Shown: positions 21,347 through 29,634, counted from the first letter of the whole stretch. The stretch is DNA of 63,558 nucleotides, filler included, from Candidatus Methanoxibalbensis ujae (GCA_026134085.1; 7 parts of 7 records of this genome joined end to end with filler, not necessarily neighbours in it); one strand, 5' to 3'. Numbers and translations are program-made. Notes: generated from the sequence alone by a model not told the origin.

Positions 21347-23149
21347 TTAAATTAAAGCCGCCGACGACGGGGTCCTGACAAGCCACGTGTTTCTGTGGAG
21401 AAACTGCTCTAGAGATGTATATTCTTCCCCGCGCCAAATCACCCGCGGAAAATGCCTGAAAAGCATTTCGGTCATTTCCGCAATTTTCGGATAAGTTCCA
21501 TGCGCTTTAATAAAAGCCGCATGGTCGGCAATAAACGCCCTCCAAGCCGTATTTGGGGCATCTTCTGGGATACGGAAGCCCCACTGCCCCAAACGTTTGA
21601 GGGCATGCACCGGATAAGGGTCCTTTGTCTCCAAGACGGTCTTTTTGCGGTAAACTTCATATTTAGCGCCGGTCGCCGGCACAGTATCAACACGGACAAA
21701 CTCTAACGGGTCAGTATTTAGGGCATGTGCGTAAAAATTCGAAATAAGCAAAACGCACTGCTGCACAAAAGCAGATTGTTTTGTGCCTTTGTGCCGCTGA
21801 ATCATATTCCAAATCCGATAACTCACAAATTCAGAGTTTCTTACAATCAATTCATCATACGTAATATCTACGTCGCCGCCGCGCGTCATGGGATATAAAG
21901 GCTGATAAGGATCATACCCGCGGTGACGGAGATATTCCGTGCCAAAACTTGGCGCGGGACTCATCGGAATAAGCTTTTCCTTGCCTATGACACCTAAAAC
22001 CTTCCACCACTCATTATCCGCGAGGAATCTCCACGCCCACGGCAACGTGATTGTGTGAGTTAAGAGCGCTTTAAATAAGACATGTTCCTCAAATCCCCCG
22101 GGGTGCGCAAAAACATTGTACGCATTCATCCAAGTGCGGAGCGCCCAAAACTCCATCGGGCTAGGCTGCCTAAAAACCCCTTCAATGCCCAAGTCAATTC
22201 GTTTATATTTCCCTTCCCTCGGTCCCGACATAGGAATTTGAATATACTGAAGCTTCCTGTACCCCGTCCTTCCTGTCTCATGCTCTACTTCACGCAACTT
22301 GAATTTCAAAGGCATCCCATGCCTGTCTGGTTTTAAGAAGGAATGATGTGGCGGCTCTTTATGCGGGGATTGTGATGAAGTAATCCCTAACGACTCAAGC
22401 GCTCCAAACCACATGTTTGAAAGATGTCCCATGAGTGGACCCAAACTAAGCCCACGTCCCGTCAACGTGTGAGCTGCTTGTCCAATCTCAAGCAGCTCTC
22501 CTAGCGAGGGTAGCGCCTCGCGCAATGACTTAGGCACTTTCTTTTTAAGCAAGTCTTTTAGAAATCTTTTAGGATGCAAAAGCTTCCCTAAATCCTCCAT
22601 CGTCTTCTTAATTCCTGTAGGACCAAGAGGTAACGCCAAAAGGTCTTTTGGTATATCAATCAAGTTTCCCGCCAAATCAAGCGCCCCTGACAAGGGCATC
22701 AACACCGGCGCCAAAGAAGGAAACAAAAACGCCAAAAACCTACTCGCCCACGCCGCACTTGAAAGTATATCTTCTATATCGTCAAGGGTCGTAACCCACT
22801 TCTGCAAGTCGCGTGCCCACTCGGGCACATGCGACTCCATCGCCTGCCTTTTCCAATCCTCCATTCGCTTTCTTCTTTCCTCCGGCGGCAACTCATCCCA
22901 CGGCGTAAACCAGAATGTGTCCCTCGCAATTGAAAGCCAATCCTGCGCGAGTTCCTCCCACCAATCCAATCTTCTTCCGTATTCTTCACTCCGCAATTGT
23001 GAAGTATCTAAACGCTCATCTGGAACAATTGCGTAAGGAAAAATCTCCTCCTCAAGCCACCTGTCGAAATCATCTTGACGCTCACTTGGCTGAGCGTCAG
23101 AAAGCGCAAACCAACTATTTCTATCGTTGATGTAGTCGCTTGGAGGCAT
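21347..23149 (-). CDS. Large virus protein of unknown function (600 aa), possible membrane-associated virion protein
   Basis: Last gene of the structural operon. Hydrophobic segment FLAFLFPSLAPVLMPLSGALDLAG. No family recognised. Confidence 0.75.
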   Translation of the reverse strand: MPPSDYINDRNSWFALSDAQPSERQDDFDRWLEEEIFPYAIVPDERLDTSQLRSEEYGRRLDWWEELAQDWLSIARDTFWFTPWDELPPEERRKRMEDWKRQAMESHVPEWARDLQKWVTTLDDIEDILSSAAWASRFLAFLFPSLAPVLMPLSGALDLAGNLIDIPKDLLALPLGPTGIKKTMEDLGKLLHPKRFLKDLLKKKVPKSLREALPSLGELLEIGQAAHTLTGRGLSLGPLMGHLSNMWFGALESLGITSSQSPHKEPPHHSFLKPDRHGMPLKFKLREVEHETGRTGYRKLQYIQIPMSGPREGKYKRIDLGIEGVFRQPSPMEFWALRTWMNAYNVFAHPGGFEEHVLFKALLTHTITLPWAWRFLADNEWWKVLGVIGKEKLIPMSPAPSFGTEYLRHRGYDPYQPLYPMTRGGDVDITYDELIVRNSEFVSYRIWNMIQRHKGTKQSAFVQQCVLLISNFYAHALNTDPLEFVRVDTVPATGAKYEVYRKKTVLETKDPYPVHALKRLGQWGFRIPEDAPNTAWRAFIADHAAFIKAHGTYPKIAEMTEMLFRHFPRVIWRGEEYTSLEQFLHRNTWLVRTPSSAALI

Positions 23150-23596
23150 TTATAAGGGTGAGATTTCTATAAGACGTATATTTTGCTTGCTACAAACAAA
23201 ACGTATATCTTCATCAGTGAAATTACACAAAATAACTGTCTCAAAACGCTGCGGCAATGGTTTCAAAACACTCCACATTTCCCTATAAGCAACCGCCTGC
23301 CCAACACTGCGTAACATTGCCCTATCCGTCACCTCAATAAGCCAAACTAAGTCCTTTCTCACTGCAACAACATCAATTCTTTTTCCTAAAACGTATGTGG
23401 CACTTTTAAGTTGCTCTGGCGACAAGTTAGCCGGAAACTCCCGCATCGTAAGCGCCACATTAAACAGAAAATAATCCCACTCCCCCATATGCTCACGTCT
23501 CCACTTATCCCAAGTAGGAAAATCGGACACAAGCATCTGCGGCGGCTTCCTAGAAAACGTAACTGGATATTGAGGACCTAATTCGAAATGCGGCAT
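23150..23596 (-). CDS. PD-(D/E)XK-like nuclease fold protein
   Basis: RIDVVA..WLIEVT..VGQAVAY resembles the D..ExK..GQxxxY pattern of RecB/NucS-like nucleases, with K replaced by T. Confidence 0.6.
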   Translation of the reverse strand: MPHFELGPQYPVTFSRKPPQMLVSDFPTWDKWRREHMGEWDYFLFNVALTMREFPANLSPEQLKSATYVLGKRIDVVAVRKDLVWLIEVTDRAMLRSVGQAVAYREMWSVLKPLPQRFETVILCNFTDEDIRFVCSKQNIRLIEISPL

Positions 23597-23608
23597 TTTC
23601 CTTTTACT

Positions 23609-24640
23609 CTACCACCATGCAATGGCATACGAAGGATTAGGAACATCAATAATTGTGTGAACAGAAATATTCTCCCCATCCCACGAACAAACAACCACGT
23701 AATCGCCGGTACTGCTCGCATAAGCAACGAAATCCCCCTGCACCCTCCACGAACACCTCCAAAGTGTTGCGCTTTTATTCAATGTATCCTTCTCGGTAAG
23801 ATTTGTCCCATCCCAGTGGAGAATATACTGAGAGGGAGAATTTATCGAACCTGCAAAAATCACATCTTGATTCGGATGCCACTGAGTACATCTCCCATTT
23901 CCACTAAGCAAAAAATCATCCGCTTTAGTAAGATTTGTCCCATCCCACTTGAGTAATGTGAAATATGGATCGCCCTTGTGGGCTACGGGAATAAACTCTT
24001 CATTCGGCGCTAGGTGCGCATCAAGCGGGTTGTCTGGCAACGAATACGATGCTAACTCTGTCAACTCCGTCCCGTCCCAAGCAACAACTTTAACTTTGTT
24101 TTTTCCGGAACTAGCTGCAATCAATTTATCTCCCGAACCAAACCACCAAACCGCTTTAGTGGTCCATGTCTCTGCCAAACTGTCTTTGAAAACAAGACTA
24201 TCTCCCGTAAATTCAAGCAAACTAAGCCCATCCCCTCCGTCATGTCCAACCGCCAAAAATTGCCCGTTGGGCGCCCACCCAACGGCGTGCGCGGCTAATG
24301 GAGTCGAATAAGAAGCAACTAGTGAAAGATTCTCCCCGTCCCACGCATAAACTTTGACATACGGCTCCGCCTCCTGCGCTATCGCAATATAATTCCCATC
24401 CCACGTAAAAGCTATATCTCTTATTTTGCCCTCCGTCGCCGTTGACGCCTTCCACGTAAAATTTGCTCCATCAAATTCGTAAATGCGCATCTCCGGAATT
24501 GGCGGCTCTGCAGGAAACGCAGTATGAAATGCAAGATACTTTCCTTCCGGTCCGACTGGAACTTCTTTTTTGAATAGAAATCTATCTAATAAAGATACTT
24601 TTGCACTCTTAACATTTCTTGCAGCCAAAAAATTCTTCAT
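23609..24640 (-). CDS. WD40-like beta-propeller protein (putative receptor-binding/spike)
   Basis: About 7 repeats of ~42 aa with the pattern W.P.G.F.A....V..WDG.NL. Confidence 0.85.
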   Translation of the reverse strand: MKNFLAARNVKSAKVSLLDRFLFKKEVPVGPEGKYLAFHTAFPAEPPIPEMRIYEFDGANFTWKASTATEGKIRDIAFTWDGNYIAIAQEAEPYVKVYAWDGENLSLVASYSTPLAAHAVGWAPNGQFLAVGHDGGDGLSLLEFTGDSLVFKDSLAETWTTKAVWWFGSGDKLIAASSGKNKVKVVAWDGTELTELASYSLPDNPLDAHLAPNEEFIPVAHKGDPYFTLLKWDGTNLTKADDFLLSGNGRCTQWHPNQDVIFAGSINSPSQYILHWDGTNLTEKDTLNKSATLWRCSWRVQGDFVAYASSTGDYVVVCSWDGENISVHTIIDVPNPSYAIAWW

Positions 24641-25222
24641 CTACTCCTTAAACCACCCGACAAACTTATACCGCGCATTACTTCCGGAAGTCTTATTTTT
24701 AACGGCGATACGCTTTACTTTTCCCGTAATCGAATAAAAAGTATCTGCCCAAAGCTCTATCTCTCCACCATAACCTTTCACATCATCTCGAGAAATTTTT
24801 ATTATTGCCGCATTGTCATATATGAAAATATCTACAACATCAACTTGCCTGTCAAACGTTTCTTCTGAATACGAATCTCCCGCTGTCCCATCCAACACCT
24901 GATAGTCATCGAAAATCGCTCTAGCAAATGCAATGTGTAAAGCTCCGTCTGCTGTACAAGAAAGCGTCTTAAAATATTCATCAGACTTAGCAATAAGTAT
25001 CGCCTGCACTCTCCTAATTAAGTTGTCAACGAACAATTGCAATGTTTTGTCTAGAAGGTTTTGAAAGTCATACAGGTCTTCTTTATTATGAATGATTTGT
25101 ATAAGCCGCCTTTCTTCAACGCTCCGAATCAAGTACCTAAAATCCTTCGCTTTATAACTCTTTCTTGTACGCTTGCTTGGGTCAAAATACAATACTGCTT
25201 CAGGAAGAAGCTCTTTTATCAT
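24641..25222 (-). CDS. Putative vertex/spike-base protein (homolog of 33283-33762)
   Basis: Shares DGxL, GTAG, ISxD and AxYK segments with the D homolog; beta-rich C-terminus. Confidence 0.7.
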   Translation of the reverse strand: MIKELLPEAVLYFDPSKRTRKSYKAKDFRYLIRSVEERRLIQIIHNKEDLYDFQNLLDKTLQLFVDNLIRRVQAILIAKSDEYFKTLSCTADGALHIAFARAIFDDYQVLDGTAGDSYSEETFDRQVDVVDIFIYDNAAIIKISRDDVKGYGGEIELWADTFYSITGKVKRIAVKNKTSGSNARYKFVGWFKE

Positions 25223-25235
25223 TTCAAAATCTCCT

Positions 25236-25598
25236 TTACTCGATCACTTCATACATATACGCACCAACTATGTTTTTCACCGTCGCCCCACACACAATCC
25301 CCACTTTAAAAGTAGTGCCCACAGGCATATCTATCCCAACCGGTATCTCATTAAGTCTGTTAAACGAATACTGCTGATTAGTTGAACCCGTGTTCGCTGT
25401 CGTGTCAATTAAGGAATCTGGAATTTCAAAGACCTTTGTCGTCTCGTGATACCCAACTATCTTATTATTCGCATAGCCGTCGACTTGGATTAGCACAGAA
25501 ATAAGTCTCTTTTTCTCTGCCGCCGTACTCTGCAATCCATCATCCAATTTCTCTTTATTCGCCTGCCCCGAAACAGAGAAATATTTAAAAAATACCAT
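25236..25598 (-). CDS. Small beta-rich virion protein, putative single jelly-roll/penton (homolog of 32943-33272)
   Basis: IDMPVGTTF vs IDVPVGQTF; LQST vs LTST; G..YE C-terminus. Confidence 0.7.
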   Translation of the reverse strand: MVFFKYFSVSGQANKEKLDDGLQSTAAEKKRLISVLIQVDGYANNKIVGYHETTKVFEIPDSLIDTTANTGSTNQQYSFNRLNEIPVGIDMPVGTTFKVGIVCGATVKNIVGAYMYEVIE

Positions 25599-25607
25599 TT
25601 TCCCCTC

Positions 25608-26690
25608 CTATTCTTCTAGAATTTTCACTGTCTCAATCAACGCAATTTCATGCTCATCAATCGCAATATTCTGCCCATTTCCACCCTTAACTGTTGTTAA
25701 ATAAATATTCAATTCCTCGCCCGGACCGTAAACCAACGGAGTAGGAAAGAAAAGCGGCATCTTCATATCCACATCGCTATAGTTCCCTATAATTGACTGC
25801 CCTTCACCTACCATATCCATATTCCCGTAACTGGTCGCAAACGGCGCATATAAAAGCAATCCATTCATATCCTCGTCAAACAGTGTTTTTCTACCTCTGA
25901 TGAATTTCAGATATTTTGTATAGCAATAATCCGTGCCGTCGTTCTCTTTGGGCGCAAAGTCACTTGCACAAATCCCATGAATGGTAATTTCTTTCTTGGG
26001 ATCAACCACCTTCCCGAATGGGAAGTCAGGAAACTGTGCAGGAGACTTAGGAGTATTATAAAGAGTATCACCATCCGCATTTACATTACCTCCACAATTG
26101 CCATAGTTCATAAAGAAATACTCTTTTGCTTCAGTGCCGTTTGGCATGTCTGGCGTAATATCTCCCTCCTCGTGAATTTCATACACAACAAGCTGAATAG
26201 CTCCAGATTGTTTTGCGCCTGTGATTTTGAACGTTTGTCCTGTTGCGACTGGATAACCCTTAAATATCCCTTTTTCTGCTAACAATCCTAAAATTGTCTT
26301 CATCCCCTGTTGTGGCGCTTTAGCAAGCTGGTTTACCCGTCTATAAAGCGTATCCGCACTAAGCCCACCAATCATTTTAGCCGCTACCTCTGTCCCACCC
26401 GCATTATTTAGACCAGCAAAACTTGTCTGATCACCTGCCGCAGTCGTGCTAGTCTTCCAATCATGACTATGTTCACTACGTGCATTCAAAAACGGCAAAT
26501 GACTACCAAGCGTACCTTTTACTCTGAAGTACCCAACCGTAACTTTATCTATCGTACAAGTGATATAATTCGATGCAGGATTATAAATCTGAATATCTTT
26601 TATTAAAAAACTCTCTCCACTATCCGCCGATAATTCTAAATCGGTGTTTCCTATGACGCATTTCACCATAAAAGGTTCTTTTAATGCCAT
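25608..26690 (-). CDS. Putative double jelly-roll major capsid protein
   Basis: 360 aa, beta-rich, with internal two-fold similarity (FKGYPVATGQTFKI / FPTPLVYGPGEELNI). Strongly similar to 31965-32924. The DJR assignment is an inference. Confidence 0.7.
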   Translation of the reverse strand: MALKEPFMVKCVIGNTDLELSADSGESFLIKDIQIYNPASNYITCTIDKVTVGYFRVKGTLGSHLPFLNARSEHSHDWKTSTTAAGDQTSFAGLNNAGGTEVAAKMIGGLSADTLYRRVNQLAKAPQQGMKTILGLLAEKGIFKGYPVATGQTFKITGAKQSGAIQLVVYEIHEEGDITPDMPNGTEAKEYFFMNYGNCGGNVNADGDTLYNTPKSPAQFPDFPFGKVVDPKKEITIHGICASDFAPKENDGTDYCYTKYLKFIRGRKTLFDEDMNGLLLYAPFATSYGNMDMVGEGQSIIGNYSDVDMKMPLFFPTPLVYGPGEELNIYLTTVKGGNGQNIAIDEHEIALIETVKILEE

Positions 26691-26707
26691 CGTTTACCCT
26701 CCTTTAG

Positions 26708-27142
26708 TTATTTAGCCCCAAGCATTTGTAACTTAAGCTCATGCAATCTGCTAGCAATCGCCCAAACACGTTCAATATTTTCCCTGCTTCCCTTCGGTGC
26801 CTTCTTGGGAAGTTCAATAGCCGCAATTTCTTCAGCAAACGGCGCAAATCCCTTGTGATAGTCATCCTTCGCGATTAAGACACCCTCCGCAAATCTACCG
26901 GGTCCAAGCTTTATTGCGCGCTCTTGCCACTTACGGTCCCCTGCTTTTTCAACACCCGCGGCGTATCTTCCTTGCTGCGCCGCCATTGTCACCGCCTTTA
27001 CGTAAGTGTCATTAGCTTTCTTTGCCTCTTCCGACCAGCTTTTCTTTGGGTCCCTCACTCCTTCCTCATACTGAGGACCACGTGCACTAGTTACAGTACT
27101 CCACTTGTCCGCAATTTTTGTAATTGACCGAATTGCTGGCAT
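26708..27142 (-). CDS. Alpha-helical basic virion protein upstream of MCP (homolog of 31495-31935)
   Basis: YEEGVRDPKKSW vs YKEGVETTDKDW; GRYAAGVEKAGDRKWQE vs GWFERGAERVGTEGWRD. Confidence 0.75.
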   Translation of the reverse strand: MPAIRSITKIADKWSTVTSARGPQYEEGVRDPKKSWSEEAKKANDTYVKAVTMAAQQGRYAAGVEKAGDRKWQERAIKLGPGRFAEGVLIAKDDYHKGFAPFAEEIAAIELPKKAPKGSRENIERVWAIASRLHELKLQMLGAK

Positions 27143-27143
27143 G

Positions 27144-27287
27144 TTACTCCTCCTTCTCTTTTATTTTTATATATGTAAAACAAACAGTTATCTTTTCTCC
27201 ATCAACTTTTGTCTCAACTAATCTCCACCCCTGCGACTCAGCAATGAGTCGCAACCTTTCAACTTTAATTCTATCTTCTTCCCTCAT
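27144..27287 (-). CDS. Small hypothetical protein (47 aa; not in ORF track)
   Basis: MREEDRIKVERLRLIAESQGWRLVETK...; AGGGG RBS; abuts the next gene. Confidence 0.6.
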   Translation of the reverse strand: MREEDRIKVERLRLIAESQGWRLVETKVDGEKITVCFTYIKIKEKEE

Positions 27288-27307
27288 TTTGATTCCCCTG
27301 CAATCTA

Positions 27308-27330
27308 AGTATATTACAAATAATTGTAAT
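27308..27330 (-). promoter_or_regulatory. Putative late-operon promoter: -10 TATACT with palindromic operator ATTACAA-N4-TTGTAAT
   Basis: Motifs seen directly upstream of the structural gene block. Confidence 0.45.
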
Positions 27331-27364
27331 CTTTTGTTCTAACTTCCCTAATCTAGTTTCCAAC

Positions 27365-28201
27365 CTAAACATTTCCACCACTACCGCCACCATTAACATC
27401 GCCAATATCCCGTCCATCCTTCTTCTCCAATTCCCGCAAAATTGCATTTATCGCCGCAATACACTCCCTACACATAATAACCGAAACCACACTTTGCGGC
27501 GGATGCATTCTCCCACAGATTTGACATGTAATTCTTATAGGGTCCTTTTTGACGGGCGTTAATATTCCATAATCAAGCTCTTCCGTTTGAAGCCCACTTC
27601 TCCTTGCTTCCTCCCACATATCCACCCAACTTTTCACCACTTTCGCGCTCGATTGACTTTCAATTGCCGACATTAAGTATCTTGCCCTCGTTTCTGGGTC
27701 ATCCACTCTTGCTAGCTCTTCAGCCACTGCAAGAGAAATTGATTTTTCATGCAAGGCTTTTTGTAAATCGGTGGGAAAATCAAGAATACGTAAACGCCTG
27801 ATAACATATTCCCTTGACTTTCCTATTACTTCGCCAAGGGATTTCGGCGTATGTCCAAGCTGTTCAATACAATCCTTAAAAAAACACGCCTCCTCCAAGG
27901 GCGTCATGTCATGCCTAGCTAAGTTTTCGGCTAACATTTTCTCTGCAACACTCTTTTCATCATCATCTGTAACAATACAAGGTATCTTTTCCATTCCAAT
28001 CTTTTGACACGCCAGAAATCTACGATGACCAGCAACAACTTCATATTTCTCATTTTTTTTGCGTACTGTTATAGGATTAATCAATCCGACACTTTTAATA
28101 GACTCTGCTAAAGACTCAATATCTGTGCTTTCTGGACTAAGACGTGCTGGTGCTTCAGGCGGGATAATTTTTGAAATTTCTATTTCTCTAAATTCACTCA
28201 T
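27365..28201 (-). CDS. ParB/Spo0J family protein with C-terminal CxxC-CxxC zinc ribbon
   Basis: LAESIKSVGLINPITV, VAGHRRF, ENLARHDMTPLEEA, HTH, then CQIC..CREC. Confidence 0.9.
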   Translation of the reverse strand: MSEFREIEISKIIPPEAPARLSPESTDIESLAESIKSVGLINPITVRKKNEKYEVVAGHRRFLACQKIGMEKIPCIVTDDDEKSVAEKMLAENLARHDMTPLEEACFFKDCIEQLGHTPKSLGEVIGKSREYVIRRLRILDFPTDLQKALHEKSISLAVAEELARVDDPETRARYLMSAIESQSSAKVVKSWVDMWEEARRSGLQTEELDYGILTPVKKDPIRITCQICGRMHPPQSVVSVIMCRECIAAINAILRELEKKDGRDIGDVNGGGSGGNV

Positions 28202-28379
28202 CTTTTATTTTTTTTATCAACCTTTTTCTTTCTATATCTTGTAACATTTGCGTGATAGCTCTATGTAAAAGGTCATACATCGTATCTTCATCTAAATCAT
28301 TTGAATGCATACAAACATCCATTAACGCCACCATATATCCATGATAAAACTCTATTACGTCTTGTATTTCCTTATCCAT
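28194..28379 (-). CDS. Small hypothetical protein
   Basis: 61-aa ORF with GGAG RBS, overlapping the parB start. Confidence 0.6.
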   Translation of the reverse strand: MDKEIQDVIEFYHGYMVALMDVCMHSNDLDEDTMYDLLHRAITQMLQDIERKRLIKKIKDE

Positions 28380-28396
28380 TTACAGCTCCATCCTTT

Positions 28397-28411
28397 TGGC
28401 ACACTTCTTGC
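28397..28411 (+). promoter_or_regulatory. Sigma-54 (-24/-12) consensus site, antisense to the genes
   Basis: TGGCAC-ACTTC-TTGC. Confidence 0.6.
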
Positions 28412-28438
28412 ATACCACAAAAAACTTCCATTTGTCAA
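28409..28438 (-). promoter_or_regulatory. Sigma-70-like promoter for the parB operon
   Basis: TTGACA-N18-TATGCA with TG extended -10. Confidence 0.55.
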
Positions 28439-28441
28439 CCC

Positions 28442-28480
28442 AAAAAAAAACCCCCGACACCCAAACGGGCACCGGGGGCT
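28442..28480 (-). terminator. Rho-independent terminator
   Basis: Minus strand CCCCCGGTGCCC-GTTT-GGGTGTCGGGGG followed by T9. Confidence 0.85.
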
Positions 28481-28495
28481 TAAAGTAAAAATTTT

Positions 28496-28852
28496 TTAAC
28501 AATCTTCCTCTTCTTCAGCTATCTCAAAATACTCTTTCAATCCATCATAAATGTAATCATATATCGCTTGATCTCTCTTCAATTGCTCCATTTCTAGTTT
28601 GTCTAGAAGAGTAATGAGCTTTTTCACTTCCGTAACCAGCCGAATGCCCTCTTGCATGTCTTTTACTTCAGCACTAACATAAAGCGAGCTAACTTCTTTT
28701 TCGCCCTTCAATGCTTGTTTATCTTCAGTGTATCGTCCTGTGAGAACTTCAAGTTGTGTCTCTGGAATGAGAATTTTTTTATCGAGGTGCACTTTAAGGA
28801 GAAACAATACTCCTTTTTCCAAGTTGCTAAGCTCAATTCTTGTAATCTTCAT
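28496..28852 (-). CDS. Hypothetical protein
   Basis: 118-aa ORF with GGAGG RBS. Confidence 0.7.
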   Translation of the reverse strand: MKITRIELSNLEKGVLFLLKVHLDKKILIPETQLEVLTGRYTEDKQALKGEKEVSSLYVSAEVKDMQEGIRLVTEVKKLITLLDKLEMEQLKRDQAIYDYIYDGLKEYFEIAEEEEDC

Positions 28853-28877
28853 CTTTCCCTCCTTGCCCCTGTTTTTT

Positions 28878-29060
28878 TTACTCCTCCGAATCCGGGCCAG
28901 ACTCGGAGTCTCTCAAAAAAAACGGACGATGGCTCTCCACCATCGCCCTTAAATAATCAACAATAATTCTATCGATAGAAACCTTGTATAGCTTAGCAAT
29001 TTGAATTAAAATTTCTTGCTCTGTTTCGTCTAATTCGTGCAATAGCTCTAACCACCACAT
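28878..29060 (-). CDS. Small hypothetical protein (possibly ribbon-helix-helix-like)
   Basis: 60-aa ORF in the operon. LIQIAKLYKVSIDRIIVDYL resembles RHH helices; weak. Confidence 0.5.
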   Translation of the reverse strand: MWWLELLHELDETEQEILIQIAKLYKVSIDRIIVDYLRAMVESHRPFFLRDSESGPDSEE

Positions 29061-29065
29061 TGTCT

Positions 29066-29242
29066 TTACTCCCAGATAGATTTTTCAATCCTAACTTCCC
29101 CATAACTAAATGTGGCTATTTCTTCTCCATCCTTAATAACCTTAATTTCCCCAATATCTTCACCTATTCTCTCAATTCTGATTTCATCCGCCCAAATAAT
29201 CCCAATTAAGATGCCCTTAACAAAAATGTCGTATGGTCTCAT
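29066..29242 (-). CDS. Small hypothetical protein (58 aa; not in ORF track)
   Basis: MRPYDIFVKGILIGIIWADEIRIERI...; strong AAGGAGGT RBS. Confidence 0.65.
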   Translation of the reverse strand: MRPYDIFVKGILIGIIWADEIRIERIGEDIGEIKVIKDGEEIATFSYGEVRIEKSIWE

Positions 29243-29282
29243 TTCTCTTACCTCCTTCTATTTTTTTTATCTAATTTACTAT

Positions 29283-29297
29283 GCAATCCCCATGCCA
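29283..29297 (-). promoter_or_regulatory. Sigma-54 promoter
   Basis: TGGCAT-GGGGA-TTGC, 40 nt upstream of the ATG at 29242. Confidence 0.65.
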
Positions 29298-29458
29298 AAC
29301 CAAAACAACCCCAAAAATCCATCATTTTCTTTTTCAAAGATATCCTGTCTCTGTATCCCAACCGCACACCCTCCAGCACTAAGTCCCCAATACAGCAACC
29401 AAACTTGTTCATGCACCAAAAACGCCCACATGTGCCAAACCGCCCACCAACAACAACT

Positions 29459-29620
29459 TTTTCCCCTTCCGTTTTGCTCGCTTTTCAAAAATGCGCTCGG
29501 CGAGTGCTGTCAAGGCTCGGAGCGGAACGTAGTGGAGCGGAGACACCCCGAAGGGGTGCTTGGCCTTGACAGCTTAACGAAGCCGAGCGCTAAGATAAGA
29601 CTCGCAAAAGGAAGGGAAAA
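29459..29620. repeat. Long nested imperfect inverted repeat (hairpin element)
   Basis: GCGCTCGGC/GCCGAGCGC, GCTGTCAAGGC/GCCTTGACAGC, CACCCC-GAA-GGGGTG, plus outer pyrimidine/purine arms. Confidence 0.8.
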
Positions 29621-29634
29621 AGTTTAAGGAGAGT

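Noticed and set aside
22600..22625. GPTGIKKT in the 600-aa protein as a Walker A motif of a packaging ATPase
   Set aside because: It lacks the invariant Gly before Lys (GxxxxGK[ST]), has no preceding beta strand or clear Walker B, and follows a hydrophobic helical region.
26708..27142. Assigning the ~145-aa helical proteins as rudivirus/Adnaviria major capsid proteins
   Set aside because: Size and helicity fit, but I see no sequence resemblance to SIRV2 MCP, and the adjacent beta-rich MCP-like gene argues for an icosahedral virion. Left open for structure prediction.
29112..29627. 171-aa plus-strand ORF in virus C
   Set aside because: Opposite to all other genes and overlaps a minus-strand ORF with a strong RBS, a promoter and the hairpin element.
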